A DNA stretch of 35,874 nucleotides from positions 1 through 35,874 of the forward strand of contig JAKPTO010000008.1 in NCBI GenBank assembly GCA_029555085.1, in the 5' to 3' direction. The DNA is from a bacterium (GTDB taxonomy: Bacteria > Patescibacteriota > Patescibacteriia > UBA1558 > S5-K13). Made by a program: the position numbers and the translations under genes. Shown piece after piece: positions 26,463-35,874 of the stretch (its first letter is position 1; each line of letters begins with the position of its first letter). Below the pieces are notes generated by a model. That model had not been told where the DNA came from and did no database searches. It was given only the letters and a program-made list of their open reading frames with translations.

Positions 26463-29141
26463 TTATTTACACTCACCCCAATTACGACCGCTACTTACCT
26501 CGACTTTTATTGGCAAACCAAAATCATATATACCTTCCATTATATTTTGGACTTTTTTTGAAACTTTTTCAATGTCTTTATTTGGCACCTCAAGAACAAG
26601 TTCATCATGAACCTGTAAGAGCATCCTCGAATCGCGTGAAATAGTCCCTAATTCATTTGCAATTTTAATCATGGCCATTTTTATCAAATCTGCGGCAGTT
26701 CCCTGAATTGGCATATTTATAGCCATTCTCTGTGCCATGGCTTGTATCATCGGAGCGCGAGAATGAATTTCTGGGATATATCTTTTTCTTCCAAAAAGGG
26801 TACAGACATAACCATTTTTTTCTGCAAATACTTTTATTTTTTCTAAATAATTTTTTACTTTTTTATATAATGTAAAATATTTCTCTATAAAATTCTTAGC
26901 TTGTTCCATATTTAAATCAGTTCTTTGCATAAGCCCACGAGGTCCAAGACCATAAATAACGCCAAAATTAATTTCCTTTGCCATGCGTCTTTGTGGTTTA
27001 CTAACATCATCTAAACTAATATTATTAATTTCAGCTGCGGTTCTAAGATGAATATCCTCGCCATTTTTAAATGAATTTATCATCTTATCGTCTTTTGAAA
27101 GTGACGCAACAATGCGTAGTTCAATTTGTGAGTAATCAAGTGACACAAGAGAAAAACCCTGTTTTGCAATAAAAACTTTCCTAATTTTTTTACCCAATTC
27201 TGTTCTAATAGGAATATTTTGTAAATTTGGATTAGAAGATGACAATCTTCCTGTAGAAGTAACCGCTTGATTAAAACTTGTATGAATTCGTTGATTTTTA
27301 TCAGCATTTTCAATTAAAGAATTCACATAAGTTGATTGTAATTTATTTATTTCTCGATAATCTGAAATTAAATCAATTATCGGATGAAGTCCTTTCATTT
27401 TTTCTAATTCAGCAGCTGCAGTTGAAAAACCGGTTTTGGTTGATTTTATTCCTTTTGTAGGAATTTCTAATTTTTTAAATAAAATCTCTTTTAATTGTTG
27501 AGTTGAATTAATATTAAACTCACATCCAGCTAATTCATGAATTCCCTTGGTGAGTTCATCTAATTTTTTCTGGAAATCTTTTTTCAACTTTTTTAAATAA
27601 CTCATGTCAACCATTATTCCATCTAATTCCATATCTGCTAAAACTTTCACAAGTGGCATTTCTAATTTTAAAAATAAATTATCTAATTTCTCAGATTCTA
27701 AATCTTTTTTATATTTTTTATATAATTTAAATGTATAATCAGCATCTTCGCATGAATAATTAGAAATTTTTTCAATATTCACATCTTCCATATTTAGTTG
27801 ATCTTTTCCTTTTTTACCAATCAACTCTTCTATTGCTTGCATTCTATAACCCAACTCTGAGAAAACCAAATCACCTAATTTTAAACTTCTATCTGTTTTT
27901 GATAGTAAATATCCGGCAATAAGAGTGTCGAAATAGATATTTTTTAATTCAACTCCATAATTTTTCAAAACCTGATAATCGTATTTTATATTGTGTCCTA
28001 TTGTTTTTTTTGTTTCTAATATTTTTGATAATTTTTCTAAATATTCTTTTTTATAAACCAAAAAATATGCTTCTCCACTCTTAAAACAAAAACTAATTCC
28101 TAGTAATTTTGCTTCCATCGCATTAAATGAAGTTGTTTCTGTATCTAGGGCAAACTCATCTTCAGTATATATTTTTTTATAAAATAAATTAAAATCAGAA
28201 TCTGTTTTTATAAGATGATAATTTAAGGTATTTTTAATTTCTTTAAACTCAAACAAACCACCTCTTGCTTTTGAAAATTTGGGAATTTTATTTAATAAAC
28301 TTCTAAATTCATATTTTTGAAAAGTATTATAAACCATTCCTTCGTCAGAAAAATCCCACTTTGCTTTTTCTAAACTAAAATCAATATTTACATTCCTATC
28401 TATTGTAGCTAATTCATAACTAAAATATGCATCTTTTTTACCATTAATAATTTTTTCTTTTATGCTTTCAGAAAAATTTGATTTCTTAATTTGTTTATAA
28501 ATTTCATCAATGGTTTTAAATTTTTTAAGAAGCTCTATCGCGGTTTTTTCGCCTATTCCTTTTATGCCAGGAATATTATCAGAAGCATCGCCACGCAAAG
28601 CTTTGTAATCAATCATTTGTGATGGTTTTAGAGAATATCTTTCATAAACCGCTGCGTCGTCATAAATAGCTGCTTCTGTTATCCCTCTTTTAAATGTATA
28701 AACTTTGATATTTTCTCCTACTAATTGCAAACAATCCATATCACCTGTCACAATATAAACTCCTAAATCTTTCCTTCCTCGCAATTTTTCTGCAATTGTT
28801 CCTATTAAATCATCTGCTTCAAATCCTGATTTTTCAAAAATAGGAACATCAAATGAATTTAAAATTTCTTTTATAATGGGAATTTGATTATATAATTCAT
28901 CTGGTTGTTTTATTCTTTTTGCTTTGTAATTCTCAAATTTCTCATGCCTAAATGTTTTTGCCCTCATATCAAAAGTTGAACAAATATAATCTGGCTTCAA
29001 TTCAGAAATAATTTTTAAAAACATAGAGGTAAATCCAAAAGCGGCATTTACCATAACACCGTCTTTTGTATTTAATTGAGGAATTGCATGCCACGCTCTA
29101 TGAAGCATGGCATTACCATCTATAATAATAAATTTTTTCAT
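26463..29141 (-). CDS. polA: DNA polymerase I (5'-3' exo, 3'-5' exo, polymerase)
   Basis: IDGN..L.RAWHA, EADDLIG, GD.SDNIPG, ALDTET, TGRLSS.NPNLQNIP, DYSQIELR, LQVHDEL. Confidence 0.98.
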   Translation of the reverse strand: MKKFIIIDGNAMLHRAWHAIPQLNTKDGVMVNAAFGFTSMFLKIISELKPDYICSTFDMRAKTFRHEKFENYKAKRIKQPDELYNQIPIIKEILNSFDVPIFEKSGFEADDLIGTIAEKLRGRKDLGVYIVTGDMDCLQLVGENIKVYTFKRGITEAAIYDDAAVYERYSLKPSQMIDYKALRGDASDNIPGIKGIGEKTAIELLKKFKTIDEIYKQIKKSNFSESIKEKIINGKKDAYFSYELATIDRNVNIDFSLEKAKWDFSDEGMVYNTFQKYEFRSLLNKIPKFSKARGGLFEFKEIKNTLNYHLIKTDSDFNLFYKKIYTEDEFALDTETTSFNAMEAKLLGISFCFKSGEAYFLVYKKEYLEKLSKILETKKTIGHNIKYDYQVLKNYGVELKNIYFDTLIAGYLLSKTDRSLKLGDLVFSELGYRMQAIEELIGKKGKDQLNMEDVNIEKISNYSCEDADYTFKLYKKYKKDLESEKLDNLFLKLEMPLVKVLADMELDGIMVDMSYLKKLKKDFQKKLDELTKGIHELAGCEFNINSTQQLKEILFKKLEIPTKGIKSTKTGFSTAAAELEKMKGLHPIIDLISDYREINKLQSTYVNSLIENADKNQRIHTSFNQAVTSTGRLSSSNPNLQNIPIRTELGKKIRKVFIAKQGFSLVSLDYSQIELRIVASLSKDDKMINSFKNGEDIHLRTAAEINNISLDDVSKPQRRMAKEINFGVIYGLGPRGLMQRTDLNMEQAKNFIEKYFTLYKKVKNYLEKIKVFAEKNGYVCTLFGRKRYIPEIHSRAPMIQAMAQRMAINMPIQGTAADLIKMAMIKIANELGTISRDSRMLLQVHDELVLEVPNKDIEKVSKKVQNIMEGIYDFGLPIKVEVSSGRNWGECK

Positions 29142-29145
29142 ATCA

Positions 29146-29487
29146 TTAAAATCCTAGTATAAAAAAGATGAAAAGCATTATTCCAAAAACATAAAACGAC
29201 AGTACAAAATTCTTTTTCTGAAAAAATGATTTCAATCCATTATTTTTAAATATCGGTTTGTAGTTTATATAATTAGTAAAAGCCAAACTAAATATCTCAT
29301 AAAAACCCACTGATAAAAATATTACAAGATAAAGCTCTATTATGACTATAAGCAAATTATTTGGAAAAGCCAAAATCATTGGATAAAAAAGTACAAGACC
29401 AATTATTGTACCTATAAAAACACCGATAAGTGAAATTATAATTCTAAAAATATAAAAAACTAGATTATTTGCTTTTAGATGTTTCAT
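29146..29487 (-). CDS. Small hypothetical membrane protein (about 3 TM)
   Basis: 113-aa hydrophobic ORF ending 4 nt before the polA start; upstream TTGACC-16-(TG)TAAAAT. Confidence 0.6.
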   Translation of the reverse strand: MKHLKANNLVFYIFRIIISLIGVFIGTIIGLVLFYPMILAFPNNLLIVIIELYLVIFLSVGFYEIFSLAFTNYINYKPIFKNNGLKSFFQKKNFVLSFYVFGIMLFIFFILGF

Positions 29488-29621
29488 ATATGTATTTTAT
29501 CATGCCATGTAATTGGGTCAATCCATACAATACACAATAAAAATGGTATAAAATCAATTTATTTTAATATACCGGTTGAAAATATTACTTTTTTCTGATA
29601 ATATTCACACATGATGAAAAT

Positions 29622-29696
<75 letters not shown>

Positions 29697-29757
29697 AAAA
29701 TTCATTTTAAAAAATCGTTTAACTATAAAATATAATATTCCAAGTTCTGTGAAAAAC

Positions 29758-29788
29758 AAAAATGTCAGATTTTAACTGACATTTTTTT
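29758..29788. terminator. Bidirectional intrinsic terminator
   Basis: Stem AAAAATGTCAG/CTGACATTTTT between tRNA-Cys and the convergent gene. Confidence 0.7.
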
Positions 29789-29807
29789 ATATGTGCTATA
29801 TATAAAT

Positions 29808-30401
29808 TTAATAAATTTCTATTTCTAATGTTTTTCTACCGAATTTTATTGCATCATTTTTATCCCTCATCCAAATATCTATGTGATTTTGATATCTTGC
29901 ATTCATTCTATCTTCAACAGTAAAAACTCTATTTGGATCAATTGATGGAATTTTTACTTTTGTACCAAATGGTAAAATGTTTGTAGCTATTACATCTTCT
30001 TCATTGTGCTCGCACAAATCAAAGCCATTTGCTGTTATACATGGACTAGAATCTGTTTGAGCGACTTCTGAATTGTACGCACTAGCAGAAACTATCATTT
30101 TTTTAATTGCTTGCCTTTCCTTCACTACGGGAAAACTAGGTGAGCTAGAATCTAAATTTTCTATATTATCGTCTGATAAATCATTGATACTGTATTCATT
30201 TAGCTTACTCGGGCTTGGTTCCTCAGATTGATCTGTTAATATGTCTGAATTATCAATATTTGTTGAAATAGCCATACTCTGATGTGGAAACATAAAAGAG
30301 CAAAATATACTTATTGCTATTGCAAGTATTTTTGACTTATTATAGGCCAATTTCCCGTATTTTCTGGCCTTTTTGACCATTTTTAGTGCTTTTTTGGACA
30401 T
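29808..30401 (-). CDS. Exported 3D-domain (double-psi beta-barrel, lytic-transglycosylase-like) protein
   Basis: SAYNS..AQTD.SPCITANG, LPFGTKV, VEDRM, HIDIW, FG. Start 30401 preferred because a promoter (TTGACA-17-TAATGT, about 30462-30490) abuts the longer start at 30458. Confidence 0.8.
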   Translation of the reverse strand: MSKKALKMVKKARKYGKLAYNKSKILAIAISIFCSFMFPHQSMAISTNIDNSDILTDQSEEPSPSKLNEYSINDLSDDNIENLDSSSPSFPVVKERQAIKKMIVSASAYNSEVAQTDSSPCITANGFDLCEHNEEDVIATNILPFGTKVKIPSIDPNRVFTVEDRMNARYQNHIDIWMRDKNDAIKFGRKTLEIEIY

Positions 30402-30615
30402 ATAATAGTGTTTATTAATTAAAAAAATATCTAGCACATTATAGCCTAGATATTTCATAAGACATTATCATATCTAAATTTTTCTGTCAAGCACTATAAT
30501 ATAAAAAAATAATCAGATAAAAAAAACTACAAACATAAAAAACAACCCCAATAAGGTTGATTTTTAAACTCCGCTTTGTATTACTTTAAAATAAAACGCA
30601 ATTTTAAAAAGTTTT

Positions 30616-31893
30616 TCAAATATTATTGTTAAAATATGGAGTTAAAAAACTTAGCGCAATTCCACTATGTGAGGTCCAAAAATAATGGTCAAAAAAGTTG
30701 ATTATCAAAATTATTAAAATAGGTAATATAAATAAATAATTCTTTTGTTTGATTTTGTTAAAAATTGCATAAATAAAAATCAACAAATAACAAATCAAAC
30801 CCCAAATTCCTAATTCAGATAAAATAAGAAGATAAACATTATGAACTGGCTGATAATCCCAAACATCCAACTTTGAATTAATATTTTCATAAATGTGTGG
30901 AATATAATTTCCCAGGCCAACTCCCGACACCCAATTATTTTCTAAAAGTTTATATGCTTGATTATTTAAAATAGATCTTTCGCTTATGGATTTTAATTCT
31001 AACCTGTCTTCTTGTAAAACCCTTGAATAAATTAAATCTTTAAAAATAAATATATTTATAAAACATATTATAAAAATAAAAAGAGAAATTACTAATAAAT
31101 TTTTATAGCTCTTTTTTAGAATTTGAAAAATAAACAAAAGAAACAAACATATCAACAATGCAAAAAAAGCACTTCTGGAAAATGTTAAAAACAAAACCTC
31201 AAGTAAAAACCCCGATATTAAAAAATATGAAAATCTTGTTTTTTTGTTTAAATTATTATCTGTAAAAAATAAAATTAATAAAAATATAATTGCAATCACT
31301 ATAAATCCTCCAAAAACATTTGGATGAGTAAATCCCCCATAAATTCTTAAAAATCTTCCTGAGCAATTTTCTAAAACAGATGTTCCCCCAGCGCTCGATA
31401 AGTGCTGTGCTATGCCTAGATATTTATTCGGTTCAATATTTTGATTTATAAACTGAAAGATTCCGATAATTCCGTGAAAAACAATACTGGTAATAAAAAA
31501 AATAAATAATTTCTTAAAATCTATTTTTACAAACTGCAAAATAAATAATATAGCAACACATTCTATTATTCTTAGAAAATAATAAAAATACATTTCTAAA
31601 TTACTTGCAAAAAAATAATTTATAGAACATATCAAAAGAAATAAAAAACAAATTAAAAATTGTTTATCCAATTTAATTGTTTTTATTTGTTTTATTTTAA
31701 AACATAAAAATAAAAACACTATCAACGCAAAAATTATATCGGATGCGTATATAGACAATTTTCCATATTCAAACTCATTGGCGCCCAAAGTAAGATATCT
31801 AAAAATATATCTTGTTTGAAATGCTAACAAAAAAACAAAAATATATATTAAATATTCTATAACTTTATTAATATTTGTGAAGATTTTTTTCAT
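30616..31893 (-). CDS. O-antigen ligase/Wzy_C family membrane protein
   Basis: Many TM helices; R.YG.F.HPN.FGG, LTFSRSA, GVGLGNY, PVHNVYL.ILSELG. Confidence 0.85.
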   Translation of the reverse strand: MKKIFTNINKVIEYLIYIFVFLLAFQTRYIFRYLTLGANEFEYGKLSIYASDIIFALIVFLFLCFKIKQIKTIKLDKQFLICFLFLLICSINYFFASNLEMYFYYFLRIIECVAILFILQFVKIDFKKLFIFFITSIVFHGIIGIFQFINQNIEPNKYLGIAQHLSSAGGTSVLENCSGRFLRIYGGFTHPNVFGGFIVIAIIFLLILFFTDNNLNKKTRFSYFLISGFLLEVLFLTFSRSAFFALLICLFLLFIFQILKKSYKNLLVISLFIFIICFINIFIFKDLIYSRVLQEDRLELKSISERSILNNQAYKLLENNWVSGVGLGNYIPHIYENINSKLDVWDYQPVHNVYLLILSELGIWGLICYLLIFIYAIFNKIKQKNYLFILPILIILIINFFDHYFWTSHSGIALSFLTPYFNNNI

Positions 31894-31896
31894 ACT

Positions 31897-32829
31897 TTAT
31901 TTAGACAAAAACCTTGTTTTTTCCATAAATATCCTATTATAATACTTTCTTGGATCTGTCTCGTGAAATTTTAACATTTTATCATTTACAATAACATCTT
32001 TTTCTCCGTTGTTTCTTTTTGATTTTTTATTAAAAGACATTTTAAAAATCTGAATTTTTTCTAGTATATAATTTAAAAGCATCCCTATTTCATTGCCCAA
32101 AATAATTTCAAAAAAATGTTTGAAATATTGAGAAACCTCGGATTCTCTTATAAAACTTCCCGAAATGTTATTAAATTCAATAAAATTAGGAATTCTTTTT
32201 AAAATCCAACTGTTATTTGATATAAACTTGTCATATTCTTCTTTTCCCAAAATTGGAAAAATCTGTGTAAACCAAAAATAAAACCACAATTCATTTTCAT
32301 AACACAAATCCTCTAAATTTAGATTATTGTCTGTTAAATAAAAATTTAAACACAATCTGTTTTTTATTTTTTTACCATGTCTTCTTTTTCCTAAAATATG
32401 AGCAACTATAGTTACAAAAAATCTAGAAAACCACAAATAATCTTTTTTTACAATTATAAATAAATCTATATCTGAATCTTTTTGTGTATTAAAATGTGGA
32501 ATTGAGCCAGACAAACAAACGCACTTTACAAATGGTATATATCTTATAAATTGTGCTTTTTTTAAAGCGATTTTTATTTTTTTCTGACTATTTACTCTGT
32601 TAACTTTTCTGTTTTCTAAAATATGTTTTCTGCCTTTTAAAAAATAAAATCCATTTTTGGATTCTGTATATCTTTTTATGTTTTCGCTATTTTCTAATTC
32701 TCTTACCACATCTTTTAACTTACACGAATAATCTATTAAAAAATTACATATTTCTAAAGATGTTAATGGATAATTAAATATATCAAAATATATGAGTGTT
32801 TTTAAAATTGATTTTTCTAATTCATTCAT
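31897..32829 (-). CDS. Hypothetical protein with a Pol-beta-type nucleotidyltransferase motif
   Basis: LSGS(x7)KDSDIDLFII; N-terminal YFDIFNYPLT..EI; ATGA-coupled to uvrA. Confidence 0.6.
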   Translation of the reverse strand: MNELEKSILKTLIYFDIFNYPLTSLEICNFLIDYSCKLKDVVRELENSENIKRYTESKNGFYFLKGRKHILENRKVNRVNSQKKIKIALKKAQFIRYIPFVKCVCLSGSIPHFNTQKDSDIDLFIIVKKDYLWFSRFFVTIVAHILGKRRHGKKIKNRLCLNFYLTDNNLNLEDLCYENELWFYFWFTQIFPILGKEEYDKFISNNSWILKRIPNFIEFNNISGSFIRESEVSQYFKHFFEIILGNEIGMLLNYILEKIQIFKMSFNKKSKRNNGEKDVIVNDKMLKFHETDPRKYYNRIFMEKTRFLSK

Positions 32830-35609
32830 AATAAATTTTTTAAATACTTCCCGGTATAAGAAATTTTACTTTTTGATAATTCTTTAGGCGTACCGCATGC
32901 AACAATTTCTCCACCTTCATCTCCACCTTCTGGACCCAAGTCAATAATCCAATCAGCGCACTTTATAACCTCTAAATTATGTTCAATTATCAAAACGCTG
33001 TTACCCTTATCAACTAATTTTTGTAAAATATCTATTAACTTTTTTACATCTTCAAAATGTAATCCAGTCGTTGGCTCATCTAATATATAAAGTGTTTTTC
33101 CTGTGGCTTTTCTTGATAATTCCGTCGCTAATTTTACACGCTGAGCTTCTCCACCGGACAATGTTGTTGCTGACTGTCCAAGCTTTATATATCCCAATCC
33201 AACATCATTTAATGTTTTTAATTTGTTAAAAATAATTGGTTTGTCAGAAAAAAACTTCATTGCTTCAGATACTGACATATTTAAAACATCTGAAATATTT
33301 GCATCTTTATAATGAATATCTAAAATTTCCTTTCCGTATCTTTTTCCATCACACTCTTCACATTCTACATATATATCTGGCATAAAGTTCATTTCAATTT
33401 TAATAAGTCCATTTCCCTGACAAGCTTCACATCTTCCACCCTTAACATTGAAACTAAATTTACCTAATTTATACCCCATTAACTTTGATTCTGGCAAACC
33501 CGCAAAAAGATCCCTAATATATGTAAATACTCCTGTATAGGTCGCTGGATTCGAACGTGGAGTGCGACCAATGGACGACTGATCTATATTTATAACCTTA
33601 TCAATATTTTCTAATCCTTTTATGGTCTTATGGCGACCTGGAATATCTTTTGATCTTGTGAGTTTTGAAGAAAGTGCTTTTCCTAAAATTTCAAAAACAA
33701 GTGTTGATTTACCACTTCCAGAAACACCCGTAAAGCAAACTAGCATGCCCAATGGTATTTTAACATCTATATCTTTTAAATTAAACTCAGAGGCCCCAAG
33801 TATTTCTAAAAATTTACCATTTCCATTTCTATATGATTTAGGTAAATCAATCTTGGAACCTCCCGATAAATACTTTCCCGTTATAGATTTTTTATTCTTT
33901 TTAATTTCCTCCGGAGTGCCATATGCAACAATATGACCACCATTCTCCCCAGCCCCAGGACCAATATCAACAACAAAATCAGAGGAAAGAATAGTATCTT
34001 TGTCATGCTCTATAACAACTATTGTATTTCCTAACATTTTTAAATCTTTCAAAATTTTAATAAGTCTATAATTGTCTTTTTGATGCAACCCTATTGATGG
34101 CTCATCTAATATATACAAAATACCAGAAAGTGAAGAATTTATTTGAGTAGCAAGTCTCAATCTCTGCGCCTCTCCCCCAGATAAAGAAATAGAGGTTCTA
34201 TCTAAACTTAAATATCCAAGACCTAAATCTAAAATTGATGAAGTTCTTTTTAAAATTTCCCTTATAGCTCCCTCGGCTATTTGCAAATCACGAGAATTTA
34301 ATTTCTTAAATTTTATAATTTCATCAAATAGTTTTTTAAAATCCTTTACTGTAAGAGAAGAAAACTCACTAATATCTTTGTCTAAAACTTTAACTGACAG
34401 CGCTTCTTTTTTTAATCTTTTTCCATTACATTTTTCACATATATGCGATCTCATACATTTTTCTATTTCTGATTTTACATAATCAGAATCTGTTTCTAAA
34501 TATTTTTTTTCCAAATATTGTACTACCCCTGCTTCATCATCTTTTCCATATAAAATTATATTAATTTTTTCTTGCGGTAAATTTTTCACTGGAATATTTA
34601 AATCTATATCATTCTTTGCGGATATCTTATTTAAAATTTTATAGTAAACATTCTGATTTACAGAAATTTTATAAAGCAACCTTAATGCGCCCTCCGATAG
34701 ACTCAGCCTATTATTTGGAATTAGGAGTTCTGGATCTATTTTCATTTCTATCCCAAGCCCACCGCAATTCATACAAGCACCACTTGGACTATTAAATGAA
34801 AAATCCTTGGATTCTAAAATTGGAAAATTTTTATTACATTTGTAGCAATATAGTTGATTGCTATAAATTTTCTCATTGTCCAACTGAGTATCTTTTACAA
34901 TCACAAAACCATTTGATAAATCAAGTGCTGTCGAAACATTCGTATTTAAAGTATTATTTAAATTTTTATCTTTCAGTAAATCAATTTTTTCTATCACTAT
35001 ATCAACAACTGAATCATCTGCAATTCTTTTATTTACAGTGTCTGTGATGGACAGTACTTCTCCATCAACACGCACCAAATCATATCCACTTCTTTTTATT
35101 TTTGAAATTATATTTAAATTTGGTTTTTTATTTTTCGTAATTGGAGATAAAATATATACTTTTTTATCTTTAAAGTCTTCCCTTATTCTTTTTACAATTT
35201 GTTTTAATTCTTGTTTTTCAATAATGCTTCCACAATTTATGCAATGAACCTTTCCTATTCTTGAAAAAATTAAACGAAGATAATCATAAATCTCCGTTAC
35301 AGTACCGACTGTAGATCTAGGACTTCTATTATGAATACCCTGATCAATTGAAATGGCTGGTGGAAGGCCATCAATTCTATCAACATCTGGCTTATCTAAA
35401 AGTCCCATAAATTGCCTTGAATATGTTGACAATGATTCCATATATCTGCGTTGCGCTTCTGCAAAAAGCGTATCAAAGGCAAGCGATGATTTTCCAGAAC
35501 CAGAAAGCCCACTTATTACTATAAATTTATTTCTGGGAAAATCTATGTTTATATTTTTTAAGTTGTGCACTCTCGCGCCCCTTATAACTATTTTTTGATT
35601 ATCAATCAT
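32826..35609 (-). CDS. uvrA: Excinuclease ABC subunit A
   Basis: Two ABC modules ([26 protein letters not shown] x2, LDEP x2), CxxC zinc fingers. Confidence 0.98.
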   Translation of the reverse strand: MIDNQKIVIRGARVHNLKNINIDFPRNKFIVISGLSGSGKSSLAFDTLFAEAQRRYMESLSTYSRQFMGLLDKPDVDRIDGLPPAISIDQGIHNRSPRSTVGTVTEIYDYLRLIFSRIGKVHCINCGSIIEKQELKQIVKRIREDFKDKKVYILSPITKNKKPNLNIISKIKRSGYDLVRVDGEVLSITDTVNKRIADDSVVDIVIEKIDLLKDKNLNNTLNTNVSTALDLSNGFVIVKDTQLDNEKIYSNQLYCYKCNKNFPILESKDFSFNSPSGACMNCGGLGIEMKIDPELLIPNNRLSLSEGALRLLYKISVNQNVYYKILNKISAKNDIDLNIPVKNLPQEKINIILYGKDDEAGVVQYLEKKYLETDSDYVKSEIEKCMRSHICEKCNGKRLKKEALSVKVLDKDISEFSSLTVKDFKKLFDEIIKFKKLNSRDLQIAEGAIREILKRTSSILDLGLGYLSLDRTSISLSGGEAQRLRLATQINSSLSGILYILDEPSIGLHQKDNYRLIKILKDLKMLGNTIVVIEHDKDTILSSDFVVDIGPGAGENGGHIVAYGTPEEIKKNKKSITGKYLSGGSKIDLPKSYRNGNGKFLEILGASEFNLKDIDVKIPLGMLVCFTGVSGSGKSTLVFEILGKALSSKLTRSKDIPGRHKTIKGLENIDKVINIDQSSIGRTPRSNPATYTGVFTYIRDLFAGLPESKLMGYKLGKFSFNVKGGRCEACQGNGLIKIEMNFMPDIYVECEECDGKRYGKEILDIHYKDANISDVLNMSVSEAMKFFSDKPIIFNKLKTLNDVGLGYIKLGQSATTLSGGEAQRVKLATELSRKATGKTLYILDEPTTGLHFEDVKKLIDILQKLVDKGNSVLIIEHNLEVIKCADWIIDLGPEGGDEGGEIVACGTPKELSKSKISYTGKYLKNLL

Positions 35610-35733
35610 AATAAAATTCTAAATGCCTGATTACAAAGATTAATTCAGGCTTTATAGGATCATAACTTTGATACCTATTTGTAGATAAAGTTAGCTTCAA
35701 TTGTACACCTATTTAGCTTTCTAGTCAATAATT

Positions 35734-35874
35734 TGTACAGTTAACAGTCAAGGGTTACACTTTCTAAATACTTTTCTTGAGGAGTAAGTCCATTAAGAGT
35801 TAAATGTATTCTTTTAAAATTATAATAATCTAACCATTCATAAGGGGTTTTCCATATTCTATTAACATTTTGAT
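35734..35874 (-). mobile_element. Right end of an IS481-family-like insertion sequence (truncated by the window)
   Basis: Minus-strand partial ORF QNVNRIWKTPYEWLDYYNFKRIHLTLNGLTPQEKYLESVTLDC* (stop 35741-35743) has the W..YYN..R.H..L.G.TP tail of DDE transposases. The stop lies inside an end ...GTAACCCTTGACTGTTAACTGTACA that finishes in ACA. Confidence 0.78.

Overview
A very AT-rich bacterial chromosomal segment using the standard bacterial code (TGA is a stop, e.g. in ATGA gene overlaps). Gene content and style point to a Patescibacteria/CPR genome, probably Parcubacteria/ABY1-like; this is inference, not a phylogenetic result. The core genes are ftsH, rpsA, infB-rbfA-nrnA-clpP, rny-ymdB-hup, ruvA-femX-murE, truB, rpsT, holA-polA and uvrA. 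There are three complete tRNAs (Ile-UAU, Val-GAC, Cys-GCA) and the 3' end of an IS481-type element at the right edge. Single accessory genes with strong GGAG(G) Shine-Dalgarno sites are interspersed: a methyltransferase, an L,D-transpeptidase, a Cys-rich orphan, a degenerate DgkA-PAP2 fusion, a BI-1 family protein and purA. The most notable observations are: (1) a coupled CDP-alcohol phosphatidyltransferase + CarS-like (archaeal-type CDP-archaeol synthase family) gene pair; (2) a rare tRNA-Ile with a UAU anticodon, next to a chimeric half-tRNA relic; (3) a rod-shaped 6S-like RNA candidate in the rny leader; (4) two probable pseudoenzymes; (5) a non-canonical MurE specificity motif beside a FemX-type gene; (6) structured leaders on ribosomal protein genes. 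No CRISPR array or rRNA was seen. All family assignments come from reading motifs by eye; no searches were run.
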